Of a stretch of DNA of 64,000 nucleotides, positions 23,733 through 34,446 are shown one piece after another. Source of the DNA: Selaginella moellendorffii. Lineage: Eukaryota > Plantae > Lycopodiophyta. Where the stretch lies: the NCBI RefSeq assembly GCF_000143415.4, contig NW_003314400.1:62001-126000 (forward strand). The letters run 5' to 3'. Below the pieces are notes generated by a model that made no database searches, had not been told where the DNA came from, and saw only the letters and a program-made list of their open reading frames with translations. Position 1 is the stretch's first letter; each line of letters begins with the position of its first letter. The position numbers and the translations under genes are program-made.

Positions 23733-24199
23733 AAAGCTCTTCTGAGACTATATTTCTTAGGGATGATAAGCATGTGGTAATTATTGACTTTAAAAATCAC
23801 ATTGTTACTTTTAAATGCAATGAATCAAGGTTGGTGGCACAGATTTCAATCTTCACATGGTATATATGAGGTGAGTAAAAATAAATTCAAAGATATGAAT
23901 AACTTATGTTGGTCTTCTAACACTCCAAGAGATATTAGTTTGGCTGCAGAAAAAGTTTGTGCCTTTAGAAAACTTTCCAGATTTTCCTTAGGGTGAGAAG
24001 ACTTAGATGAACTTTGGAATCTCCCATGCTTCATTATAAGAAAATTAAAAAAAACGGAATAATATTTGTGCTTAGGATCAATCACAATGGCATTGCAAGC
24101 AGCACCAACACTCCTTTCAACTTATACAGAGTGGATCTTACAGGAAATCACGAACATCCCCAATTGGAAACATCTGGAATTAATAGCATTATATTTATG

Positions 24200-25050
24200 A
24201 TCTCCTCAGCATCATCCAAGAGCCCGCAAGAACACTGATCAAGCAGCAATAGTGATCTCACTTGGGACTTAGATTGTAGTCAGAAACCATTGGAGCTAGT
24301 GTGTCTCTAGTAGGGATTACCAGCACAAGGTGGCAGCAAACGATCGAAAGGCCCATGAAACTCTTGAATCCTTCCAGATTCAAGACTTTAAAAAGCTGAA
24401 TGGACAGATCACCATGTAGATTCTGGGTAAATGACACGATAAGAACGTTCCTGGTCACGATGTTTGGCTGTAAACAGTCTAAACAACGCCCAAGCGCTCG
24501 TCCAAGTGTCCATTTTGCCCATACACTCTGATAATGTAATTCCTTTAGAACTTCTACGGTGTCAAACAAGCACTTTGCTTCTCTTTTGGCATATGTAGTG
24601 ATCATAACATTCCATGCTAAGAAAACTGTCCACGAGACAAGGTTTCTTTGAGGCATTGAATCAAAGAGATTGTGAATCCAGTGACAATAGCATACAAGGT
24701 AGCTCATGCAAACTACGTTCCACACTAGAATTCGATCAAAAACAAGCCTTGCGACGTAATTTGCCAACATTCCATGTCACTACATTCTTCCCGGGCACGG
24801 AATAAAAAGCGTGCAAAGCTGATGATTATGAATGTAATCTTGGAGCAGGATTTTCCATGAAAAGGAGTCTGGGGCACGAATGGAGTCAAATATGCAGCGT
24901 GCATCACTAGAGCTCCTGCATTTGCCATGCCTTGGAATCCTGTGGTGTGGCAACACCAAAGATCTAAGCAATGCTTGCAAGATCCACACTTTTGAAGGAA
25001 CATGTTACGAACAACGTCTACATTGTGAATCTCCTCGTCCAAATGCGATA
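24200..25050 (-). pseudogene. PLS-E class PPR pseudogene
   Basis: LFDSMPQRNLVSWT, LVFDRILVWNVV and E-domain-like MVSDYNLSP; frameshifted. Confidence 0.7.
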
Positions 25051-25479
25051 TCCCAGCGCTTAAAAGCTTCCTATCTTGCGAGGGTTTAGGGTTTATCAAA
25101 GATGCCATATCTCCAGTGGAATCCTGTGTGCTCCAGAGCTGCCATCTATTGCCATAAGACTGGACTTTCATTTGCAGTGATGATTATTACCTATGATGTT
25201 AGACAAAGCAAAGGTCCGAAGATTTAAACCAGAAGTCACAGTTTACACCATACTCACCAAACATGTAGGCCAGGAATCCTACAACAATCTCCGCTGCTTT
25301 CATGGCTTTGATGAGCGTGTCCACCTCGTGGAGCAAGCCTCGCTTGTGGAACGAGGCAGACAAAGGTAAAAGTAGCGTTGGCAGCGTAAATGATAGTGGA
25401 GGAGAAGATGGTGGCAGTGACGAATTTATAAAAACTCCCGGGTGAGCGATGGATGCTGCTCACGATTGTCTGTGCTACC

Positions 25480-25710
25480 AGGCCTTCTGCTCTAGCGAGC
25501 TTACCCCACTGCCATACTGCCGAAGCTGTGGCAAAGGCCACACGAGAGTTGCATGCCAGAAGAACGTTGTAGTTCTTCATCCGCAGCGAGTGCAACGCAC
25601 TAGAGAGATCACTGTCCTTGGAGGTGACGAAGAGATGCACTGGTGGCGGATCATCGACAGTCCACAGCACCAAATCCAGCATGAGAGTTTGATCAGATGA
25701 CAAATTCTTG
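25480..25710 (-). pseudogene. NYN (limkain-b1/MARF1-type) ribonuclease domain fragment
   Basis: SDQTLMLDLVLWTVDDPPPVHLFVTSKDSDLSSALHSLRMKNYNVLLAC matches the C-terminal half of the plant NYN domain. Confidence 0.7.
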
Positions 25711-26282
25711 TGAGCTGGAAGAACCACAAAAATCACAACAATGGATTCATGAAAATTCAGCAAAGAGGAAAGAGCGAGAACTTACACGAGGGCAAATGGT
25801 GGAGAGAAATCCCCATCACCGCCAACTCCGCCACCACCATACACTCCAGCTCCGCCACCACCTAGTCCAGCATCGCTTCCGCCACCACACACTCCACCCC
25901 GCCACCACCTTGTCCAGACGTCCAGCACAAGATTCTCCGCCAGTGACACTAGAGAAGCAGGAATCTTTACAGGCCTTCCACAAGGATATTTGCGCACTGC
26001 TCCAACAAGCGGCTTTGACGCTCAGCCAAAAGCCTCCGGAATCGATGCTTTTGAGTGTGACCCTGGGAGAAAGGATGATTGCTCCATAGCAACAGAGAAC
26101 AGGAGAGTTTGGGGAAAGCTACTGAGAGCTCGACGTCTCAGTGTAAATGCTGTGAAAGTGAAGGATGGAAACCTAGTCGGGAGCTCAGCTCGCCAGGTGC
26201 TGTCACCAGTGCCCGAGACGAAAGTGGACGTGGAGAAGGTTTTGTTCGGATCCGGGATGGAGGAAGCGGCAAAAGGCAAAAG

Positions 26283-26475
26283 ACTGCCAAGCAAATCGAG
26301 GAGATTGCGCTGGGATTGGAGGCAAGCAAGGTTCCTTTCCTCTGTTCTTGGCATGGACGAGGAGTTCCACAAAGGTTTCGTGAGCAGGACTGGCGGGAGA
26401 GGATTGTTTGTGAGCTGGGCGCTTCAGCTAGAGATCTTGCAGCACGAATCAACCGGGGCTTTTGTCACTCACTGT
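26283..26475 (+). pseudogene. UGT fragment (start of PSPG box)
   Basis: Near-identical to 29434-29645 apart from one internal deletion (GLFVSWALQLEILQHESTGAFVTHC). Confidence 0.85.
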
Positions 26476-27400
26476 TCATGAGTTCGAATGTCCGAATGGC
26501 CGCCTGGGCCTCACCGGCTCGAGGGTAGGCCGCGACCATGGCGTCGTAAGAAGTTACGTGTGGAGGGATTTGCCGAAAGACAGCCTCGGCACTGGGCAGT
26601 GATCCACACCTCGCAAACATCTGGACGAGAAAGCTTCTGGGAGTGGAGGCTCGCCTGGTTGGCTTCTTCGAGAGGAGTGACCCCGACATGGTTGGCTTCC
26701 ACGCCTTCCAAGTCCATTCCAGCGAGAGCTTGGATGGCCTCGCGGCAGTGCTGGTTGTTTCCAAAGGCCGTGATCATCGCAGTCGGCTCGGACGAAGACT
26801 GTGACGGCGTCCAGCAGGCTACGGCATTTCCCATACATGCTCCTTTCATCCTTGTCAAGGATTACATCAAAGATCTTCGTTGCCTTCTTGACAACACCAT
26901 TGTGAGCAAACGATTGTAGTCTGAGCGACTACGTCCTTCTCAGGCATGAGAGCTTACATCCTCTAGGCATTTTCATTTACCCCAGCTTTGGCATATGCAG
27001 TGTTCATCGCAGTGTACACACAAAATGTTTGGTTTCTCCATCGCATAAAAAAACGCTTCGCTCCTTCCAGCCAGTCGTGTGCTTCATAGGCTGATATCAG
27101 AGCACCCCAAAAAACCAGATTTCTCTCTCCTGTCAAACAACTCTAATTTGCGATCAAAGCCCCACAAGGAAAACATTGTGTGGGTATCATCACAGTCCAT
27201 GCCACTACATTCTTCTCGGGCATTCGATCAAACAGTTCCTGGGTTTGATCCAAGTTCCCATCAGCTGCATAATGTCGTATCATCACGTCCCATGGCCCCA
27301 CAAGGAAAACATTGGAGCTATGGTGGCTGCTCAAAGTCCTGTGAATTTCTTTCACCCTTGCCCGGAGCAGGCGAAACCTCGCTACCTTTTGTGAAACTTC
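26476..27400 (-). pseudogene. PLS PPR pseudogene fragments
   Basis: [46 protein letters not shown]. Confidence 0.7.
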
Positions 27401-27440
27401 TATATAACAGTTCCAAGAATTAGGGTTTGATAGGATTCTC

Positions 27441-28154
27441 ATGGGACGTAGCAAAGAATTAGTTGTAGAACTCCCAAGGGTAATGAAAGTGGAGAGGATT
27501 TTATTCTCTTCCAACACCAACAATCTTGAGTGTGAAGTATTTGGGAAAGAGGAGCAAGATGGAGAGTGGAAGTTTTTGGGTAAAACAGGTCGAGAAGCAA
27601 GATTCAAGCTCACCAAGCTGAGATTCATCCTTGTCAAACCTCTCTCTGGATTTGAGGTATCTACAATTGTGAGTTTCTATGGCAAGGACAATGCCCAAAA
27701 GCCCGTGGAGGAGTTGGAGTTGAAATACGTCAATCCTCAACATGTGGACTATCAAAAACCTTTTAAAGTCGGCCAGCTTTCCAAGGACACTCTTGTCACG
27801 AAAGCAATTGTTCGATCCAATCTTCGGTACTACAAGTTCCGGTTGTGGGGCAACATAGAGTATCCCTGCCAGTGGTGGTTTCCAATGGGACACTATGACC
27901 AGGACAAGCCCAACCCTAAATCGCGAGAGTTGACGATCAAATACTTTGATGTGAAGAACGAAGGGAAGTTAACGCTAGCGCCTCAATGCAAGTTGAAAGT
28001 TTTTGAGAGGACTTCCACTCGTCACTCAGAGTGTGAGGAATTTGATCTACACAATCTTCCACAAAAGAAGCAGCCACAAAAGAAGCTGCCAAGCAGATGG
28101 GATTTTGTTAAAAAGCTACTATACTTTGCTTTAAAGGTTTTTAGAAGGAATTAA
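27441..28154 (+). CDS. Intronless protein of unknown function (237 aa); apparent internal two-fold beta-rich repeat and C-terminal basic amphipathic helix
   Basis: Intact ORF; conserved paralog at 5957-9539; TTAGGGTTT telo-box just upstream of the ATG. Confidence 0.8.
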   Translation: MGRSKELVVELPRVMKVERILFSSNTNNLECEVFGKEEQDGEWKFLGKTGREARFKLTKLRFILVKPLSGFEVSTIVSFYGKDNAQKPVEELELKYVNPQHVDYQKPFKVGQLSKDTLVTKAIVRSNLRYYKFRLWGNIEYPCQWWFPMGHYDQDKPNPKSRELTIKYFDVKNEGKLTLAPQCKLKVFERTSTRHSECEEFDLHNLPQKKQPQKKLPSRWDFVKKLLYFALKVFRRN

Positions 28155-28495
28155 AAACCTTTATAAACTTAAACCTATCTTAAATAAAATAAATCTTTAG
28201 TAGTTCAACTTTGTCTCTTCTCTTTGTCTGATTTAGAGTAGGAAGTTTTCGTGCGACAGATAAGATAAGGATACGTGTCTGCTACATAGAATTCTCACCA
28301 CTAAATTTTACCACAATACGGCCACCTGTTGGACTGTATGGTTTCTATTGCCAATCATACAATTATTAGCGAAAGACAAGACGTAGAGGAAAGAACAATG
28401 TCCAATTCAGCCCATAAGTGCTGGTATTTCAAACGATCCATCAAAACTTCCTCTTTGAAAAGTTTCTTCTTTGTTTCTTGGTCTAATCATCATCC

Positions 28496-29967
28496 ATGGG
28501 CTCTCACGAGAAACTTCACGTTTGTTCTTATCCCACTTCCAGCACAGGGACATGTCATTCCAATCATCTATCTCGCCCGCAAGCTGGCGCTCCTCGGAGT
28601 CACTGTGACCATCATCAACGTTGATAGCATCCACGAAACCTTGCAGCAGTCCTGGAAGAGCGAGGACAATCCTGTGAGTAATGGCCACGACATTCGCCTC
28701 GAGTCCATCTCTATGGACATGCGAGTTCCCAATGGCTTCGACGCGCAGGCCGCCTTCTCCCAGGCCATCTTCCGAATGGAGGATCCACTCGCGGAGCTCT
28801 TGTCCCGGATCGATCGAGACAGCCCCAGAGTCGCGTGTGTCGTCTCGGACTTTTACCATCTCAGTTCTCCACACGCTGCAAAGAAGGCTGGATTGGCTGG
28901 AGCGAGCTTTTGGCCGGGAAACGCTGCTTGGGTTGCCATCGAATTCCACGTTCCAAAGCTCCTGGAGATGGGAGACGTTCCTGTCAAAGGTGAAGCTTTG
29001 ATTGATCTAGAAGTGTGTTCTAAGAAAACTTGGGATTTCTATGGTGCCAGCGGGAGATGAAAAGCTGATTTCTTACATCCCTGGAATGGAGCTAAGATCG
29101 CAAGACATTCCACTCTTCATGCACGACGGAGAATTCCAGAAAGTCGGGGAAGAACAATCACTGTATCGCTCCAAGAGGATCACACTGGATTCTTGGTTTC
29201 TGATAAACTCTGTCCACGACATCGAGCCGCGAATTTTCGAAGCGATGAGGGAAGGATTCGGGGAGAATTTCGTGCCGGTTGGACCATTGTTTCCTCTCAA
29301 GGGAGAGGCGATCGATTCGACTGGATTGCAAGAGGTAAACCTGAGAACTCCGGATGAATCTTGTCTTCCATGGCTAGACGAGCGTGATCGTGGCTCGGTC
29401 CTCTATGTTTCGTTTGGAAGCCTCTCCTTCATGACTGCCAAGCAATTCGAGGAGATCGCGCTGGGATTGGAGGCAAGCAATGTTCCTTTCCTCTGGGTGA
29501 TACGATCAAACTCGATTCTTGGCATGGACGAGGAGTTCTACAAAGGTTTCATGAGCAGGACTGGCGGGAGAGGATTGTTCGTGAGCTGGGCGCCGCAGCT
29601 AGAGATCTTGCAGCACGAATCAACAGGGGCTTTTCTCACTCACTGCGGATGGAACTCCATGCTCGAGAGCTTGGCGTGTGGAGTGCCAATGCTGGGGTGG
29701 CCATCTATGTTTGAGCAAAACACGAATGCCAAGCTGGTGCTGGAAGGCGAGGGCACGGGAATAGCATTCTCGAGATCTGGAGGGAAGGATGGATTTGCGC
29801 CGAGAGAAGAGGTGGAAGAGAAAGTGAGGGCGATCATGGAGGGAGAGCAAGGCAGGAGATTGAAAGCCAGGGCGATGGAGATTCGAGCATTGGCTGTCAA
29901 GGCTGCTTCTCCCGGAGGTCCTTCTCATGCGAACCTCAAGAAATTCGTGGAGAGCCTTGCCTTGTAA
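28496..29967 (+). CDS. Plant family-1 UDP-glycosyltransferase, 2 exons (intron 28990-29050); 1-bp insertion at codon 9 (pseudogene or sequence error)
   Basis: PAQGH motif; complete PSPG box WAPQLEILQHESTGAFLTHCGWNSMLESLACGVPMLGWPSMFEQ; GT..AG intron; extra T at 28521-28523 compared with 9878. Confidence 0.85.
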
Positions 29968-30046
29968 AGAAGATCTTCACTCATTCATTCAAAGAAGTTT
30001 AAGATGCGGCTAAGATTCTGTCATTAGTTCTAGAAATGCCCCACCA

Positions 30047-32308
30047 ATGTTTGGGGTGGCAAGGAAGGAGCAGGATGATCTGGCGGCACTGCTCAATGCT
30101 TGCGCTCAGTCGCGAGACTTGATCAAGGGCCGGCAAATCCACGCGCAAATTCTCCACAGCAACCATGCCACCAACACATACCTCCTCAACATGACCACCA
30201 AAATGTATGCCGTGTGTGGCAGCATCGAAGAGGCGCGCAAGATCTTCGACTCCATCCAATCCCCCAATCTCTTCTCCTGGACGATCATGCTCGCTGCTTA
30301 TGCCCAGAATGGGGATCTCGCTCGGGCAATTGATTTCTTCGCGGGGATGCCGCTCAAAAACGCTGTTGCGGCAACGATCATGATCGTCGCCTATGGCCAA
30401 GAGGGCGACGTGGATTCCGCTAAGCTGGTTTTTGATCGTGCCTTGCCCAAGAATCTCGTTTGCTGGAACGCGATGCTCACAGCATATGCCCAGAACGGGC
30501 ATTTTCAGGAATCGAAGCTTCTCTTTGATACCATGCCCGAGAGAGATGTGATCTCTTGGACCGCAATGTTACAAGCGTATGCCCAAAACGATAGTTTGAT
30601 AGATGCCGAGAATGTTTTCGCAAGAATGCCCAGATGGAATGTAGTTACGTGGACTGCTATGATTCACGCAAATGCTCAATCCGGGCATCTGGAAAAAGCG
30701 AGAGAGATCTTCGACACGATGCTAGAGAAGAATCTAGTGTCGTGGAACACTCTCATTGCGGGATTTGCTCACAATGGATCGATCGAGGAGGCGGAGAAGC
30801 TCTTTCTCGAGATGCCTGAGCGAGATCTCGTGTCTGTGAATGCTCTGATCTCCGCTCACAGCGAGCTTGGGAACGTCGATCGAGCGCAAGCTATCTTCGA
30901 TTCCACTCCTCTGGTGAGCACCGCGCTCTGGAACACGATCCTGGTGGCCTACGGCGACAACGATCGCATCGATGAGGCGAAGACCATCTTCGATCACAAG
31001 ATGAAGCAGCGCGATCTCGTGTCGTGGAACTCGATGATCTCGGCATTCTCACTGAGCGGCGATCACGATGAAGCCCAGCGGCTGTTCGATGCGATGCCCG
31101 AGCGAGACGTGGTGTCTTGCAACTCGATCCTCGCGATCTACACGCAGCAGGGGGATCTGGATCGAGCGCAGCACCTGTTCGATTCAATGCCGCGCCACGA
31201 CGCGATCTCCTGGAACGCCATGATCGCGGGGCTCTCGCAGCACGGTGGGAATCTCTCCCTTGCGGAGAAACTCTTCGGTGAGATCCCCCAGCGCGACGTT
31301 GTCACCTGGAACGCGATGATCACGGGCTACGCCCAGCACGGCCGGCTAGAACACGCCAAGCGAATATTCGACGCCATGCCACGCTGGAGCCTCGTCAGCT
31401 TCAACGCCATGGTGGCAGCATATGCCCAGAATGGGCATCTGGAAGATGCTAAGAGCATCTACGACCAGATGCCCCGCCACAGCGCCGCCTCCGCCAACGC
31501 CCTCATCGCCGCTTACGCCCAGCAGGGCTATCTCTCCAGTGCCGAGTCGCTCTACGCGACGCTTGGTGGTAATGGCGGTAGAAGCGGCGGAGATAGCGGA
31601 GCTACAGCGGAAGCGGAGGAGTCCACCACTGTATCCCAGACCGTAATGGTGTCGGGCTATGGTAGCAACCACTGCCTGGCGGAGGCCAAGCTGGCGTTCG
31701 ATCGTATCCGTCGAAAGAGCCACGTGTCCTGGAACGCGGTGGTGGTGGCATATGCCCAGAACGGGCATATCCGCGAGGCGAGAGATCTCTTCGAGAGGAT
31801 GCCCCAGCGCAGCGTTCTCTCCTGGAATGCCCTAGTCACCGCCTACGCCCACTCGGGCCACCGCCGCGAGGCCGTGATCGCATTCCAGGAGATGGAGCTG
31901 GAGGGATTCAAGCCAGACGAGGCCGGATTGATGAGCGTCATCACCGCGTGTGGCCACATTGGATTGCTCAGCCATGGATGCCGCTACCTCTCGCGGATGG
32001 AGAGCGATTGCGGTGTGGCGCCTCTGCGCGAGCACTACTGCCGGATGATCGATGTGCTGGGGAAGATTGGGCTGCTGGCGGAGGCGGAGGAGCTGATCGA
32101 GAGCATGCCTTACGAGCCCAATCTTGTGGAGCTCGTGAGCTTGCTGGGCGCTTGCGATGTGCACAGGGATCGGGAGCGTGGCGCGAGGGTGGCGGAGCGC
32201 GTGGCGGGGATCGATCCTAGCAGCGCCGCGCCGTATTTGATCCTCGCGAATCTTTCCAGCGAGAGGAAGAAGAAGAGACTGGCAAGAACCCTAAAACAAA
32301 TTGGGTAA
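30047..32308 (+). CDS. PLS-class pentatricopeptide repeat protein with E domain, no DYW (probable organellar RNA-editing factor)
   Basis: 753-aa intronless ORF of ~31-aa repeats (MPERDVISWTAML..); E motif PLREHYCRMIDVLGK..LLGAC..APYLILANL. Confidence 0.93.
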   Translation: MFGVARKEQDDLAALLNACAQSRDLIKGRQIHAQILHSNHATNTYLLNMTTKMYAVCGSIEEARKIFDSIQSPNLFSWTIMLAAYAQNGDLARAIDFFAGMPLKNAVAATIMIVAYGQEGDVDSAKLVFDRALPKNLVCWNAMLTAYAQNGHFQESKLLFDTMPERDVISWTAMLQAYAQNDSLIDAENVFARMPRWNVVTWTAMIHANAQSGHLEKAREIFDTMLEKNLVSWNTLIAGFAHNGSIEEAEKLFLEMPERDLVSVNALISAHSELGNVDRAQAIFDSTPLVSTALWNTILVAYGDNDRIDEAKTIFDHKMKQRDLVSWNSMISAFSLSGDHDEAQRLFDAMPERDVVSCNSILAIYTQQGDLDRAQHLFDSMPRHDAISWNAMIAGLSQHGGNLSLAEKLFGEIPQRDVVTWNAMITGYAQHGRLEHAKRIFDAMPRWSLVSFNAMVAAYAQNGHLEDAKSIYDQMPRHSAASANALIAAYAQQGYLSSAESLYATLGGNGGRSGGDSGATAEAEESTTVSQTVMVSGYGSNHCLAEAKLAFDRIRRKSHVSWNAVVVAYAQNGHIREARDLFERMPQRSVLSWNALVTAYAHSGHRREAVIAFQEMELEGFKPDEAGLMSVITACGHIGLLSHGCRYLSRMESDCGVAPLREHYCRMIDVLGKIGLLAEAEELIESMPYEPNLVELVSLLGACDVHRDRERGARVAERVAGIDPSSAAPYLILANLSSERKKKRLARTLKQIG

Positions 32309-32334
32309 CGCAGCCTTTCTTTCTGGAAGAAAGA

Positions 32335-33345
32335 ATGGCTACTTTCTGCAAGGCCATCAAGGCGAAGGAGAATCTACACACTTGCGTAAGCGATCTACAT
32401 CTCTCGCTACAGTTCTGGATCGATTGATCTTGATTGATCAAACAGGTGGTTCCGGAAGGGTTTCTCGATGGAGATGGCGTGGTGCCCGCGAATTTGACGC
32501 TCGCGACTTCCAGCGGATCGTCGTGGAGCGTGGCGATCCGGGAGGACTCGGGCGATTTCCTGCTGGACAAGGGATGGAGATCTTTTTGCCTGGACAACGA
32601 GCTATCCTTGGACGATGTTGTGGTGATGAAGCGCATCCAGCCGTCCAATGTTCTGGTGACCATCTACGGCGGAGATGGATGCGAGAGAAAGAAATCCCAG
32701 TCCTGTGACATTGCCAAGGCAAACAATCCTTTCGGAAGCGAAGTTAACAGTGGCAATAATTGTAAGCAGGAAACCAGGGATAGAATCACTGCTGATGACT
32801 ATCACGAGATAATTGATAATGGCAACATCCTCAAGAGAAGCATGGATCATCCGGAAGTTCCTCTCAAGAAGCGAGCAAAGACGACAGTGGGCAGCGAGAA
32901 ATCCACAGCCAAGAAGCTCATCAAGGTGACCCTCAGCTGCTCCAGCCGCACCGTTTCCTCCGAATCGGCAATCGCAGCAGCCTCTAAATTCGAGTGCTCC
33001 AATCCGAGCGTTCTCTTGGCGACCACAAAGAGTACACTCGATCCAACTTACTACCTGGTTAGCGTTGTTCTTCCGCCACGCCATCTCTTGCTCTTAAGAA
33101 ACTTTGTTGTGATCTTGCAGATTGTGCACAAGCAATTCTCGGAGGCTTTCATGCCCAAGGTCGATACCGCTGTGATGCTCGTGAATTCCAGGGACGAGAG
33201 GTTCCCGGCGCGGTGGCTGGCTGCCAGGCATGTCGTGAGCGGTGGATGGAGAGGCTTTGCAAGGGCTGAGAAGATTAAAGTCGGGGATGCGCTTGTTCTT
33301 GAGGTGGTGGACGAATCCACTTTTAAGATCCACGTTTTCGAGTAG
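32335..33345 (+). CDS. B3-domain (REM-type) DNA-binding protein with two B3 domains
   Basis: Exons 32335-32385, 32446-33057, 33121-33345 with GT..AG introns; LDKGWRSFCLDNELSLDD and SGGWRGFARAEKIKVGDALVLE B3 signatures. Confidence 0.88.
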
Positions 33346-34446
33346 ATCCACGAAAAAAATTATTTGATTCTCATTATTATAATACAAAGGAACAAATATA
33401 CTATTATATTTGTAAAAAAGTTGCGATTTTCTTCTTTTTTTTTGTTTTGTTTAAAGGCGACAACCAATGTGATGTTTCACATGCCAAGTGAAGTCCGTGT
33501 CTCATGTAATGCGGGACACACAAAACTTTCAACTTGGACAAGCGAACAAGGGGAAGGCTGTTGCCTTGACACAACACTTTTGGAGTGAGATCATGGAATG
33601 GAACTGTTATTATTATATGATCCCGGGTGTCACTCTATCAAAGATTATATAGTTCTTCGTGATAGCGATCTTTTCCATAGTGCCAAAGGTCCTGGTGTTT
33701 TGGAAGTGGACGATCCACACATTGGTTTCCAGCATCGCCAAAAGAAACCGGCTCCATTAAAACTCTCAACGTCACAAAGCGCAATCTCTTGCACCATATA
33801 GTCTCGTATATTGATTTTTTTCGAAAGATTGGGCCTCTCCCATCATATATAAAGAGAAGAAAAAGAGATTTATCTGGTTGTGTCGTCCTGTGTATGATCG
33901 AGTTGTGTTATTTAGCTAGAAAGTATGAGATGAGCCTCGTAAGAAGAAAAAAGAAAAACTTTCTGGTGTATTTGTTGCTGTAAAGTTCTCTCATCGGTCA
34001 AGTTGTGTTGGTGCTTTCGATTGATTGATTGATTGAAAGGACTCAAACCCCGTTGTTGCTGTGATCTTTCTTGTTTTGCTGTGTTGTGGTGTTGGTAAAT
34101 TTTCTTCTTTTCGCTGTTTTGTTGCTGTTCTTCCTACCATATGTGTTGCGGGATTCTGTGACTTAGTGCTGTGGGGGAGAGCCAGGACTGTAAATCCCTG
34201 TTTTGTAAGATTTTGTATACTTGGCTGCCTATGTGTTGTCGGCAGATTGGACATTCATCCTTTGATCCTTTGATAACCTGGAAAAAATGAAGAGAACGAT
34301 GAGCAAAGCTTAAAGTCGAGAGAGAAAAGAGAGATTTTTACCTTCAGGATACACTGCACGCAAAAGGTATGGCTGCATTCCAGTTTGGATGGCTCTACGC
34401 AGTGCTCTGGACGAAGAACAGGAAGAAACGAAGTAAGCTTGGATTG

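Noticed and set aside
24200-27400. Helitron or Pack-MULE call for the fragment mosaic
   Set aside because: No convincing termini, hairpin, TIRs or TSD identified by eye
32200-32450. DYW deaminase domain or PPR-B3 fusion
   Set aside because: No PG-box, HxE or CxxC after the E domain; the B3 gene has its own ATG exon with a good GT donor
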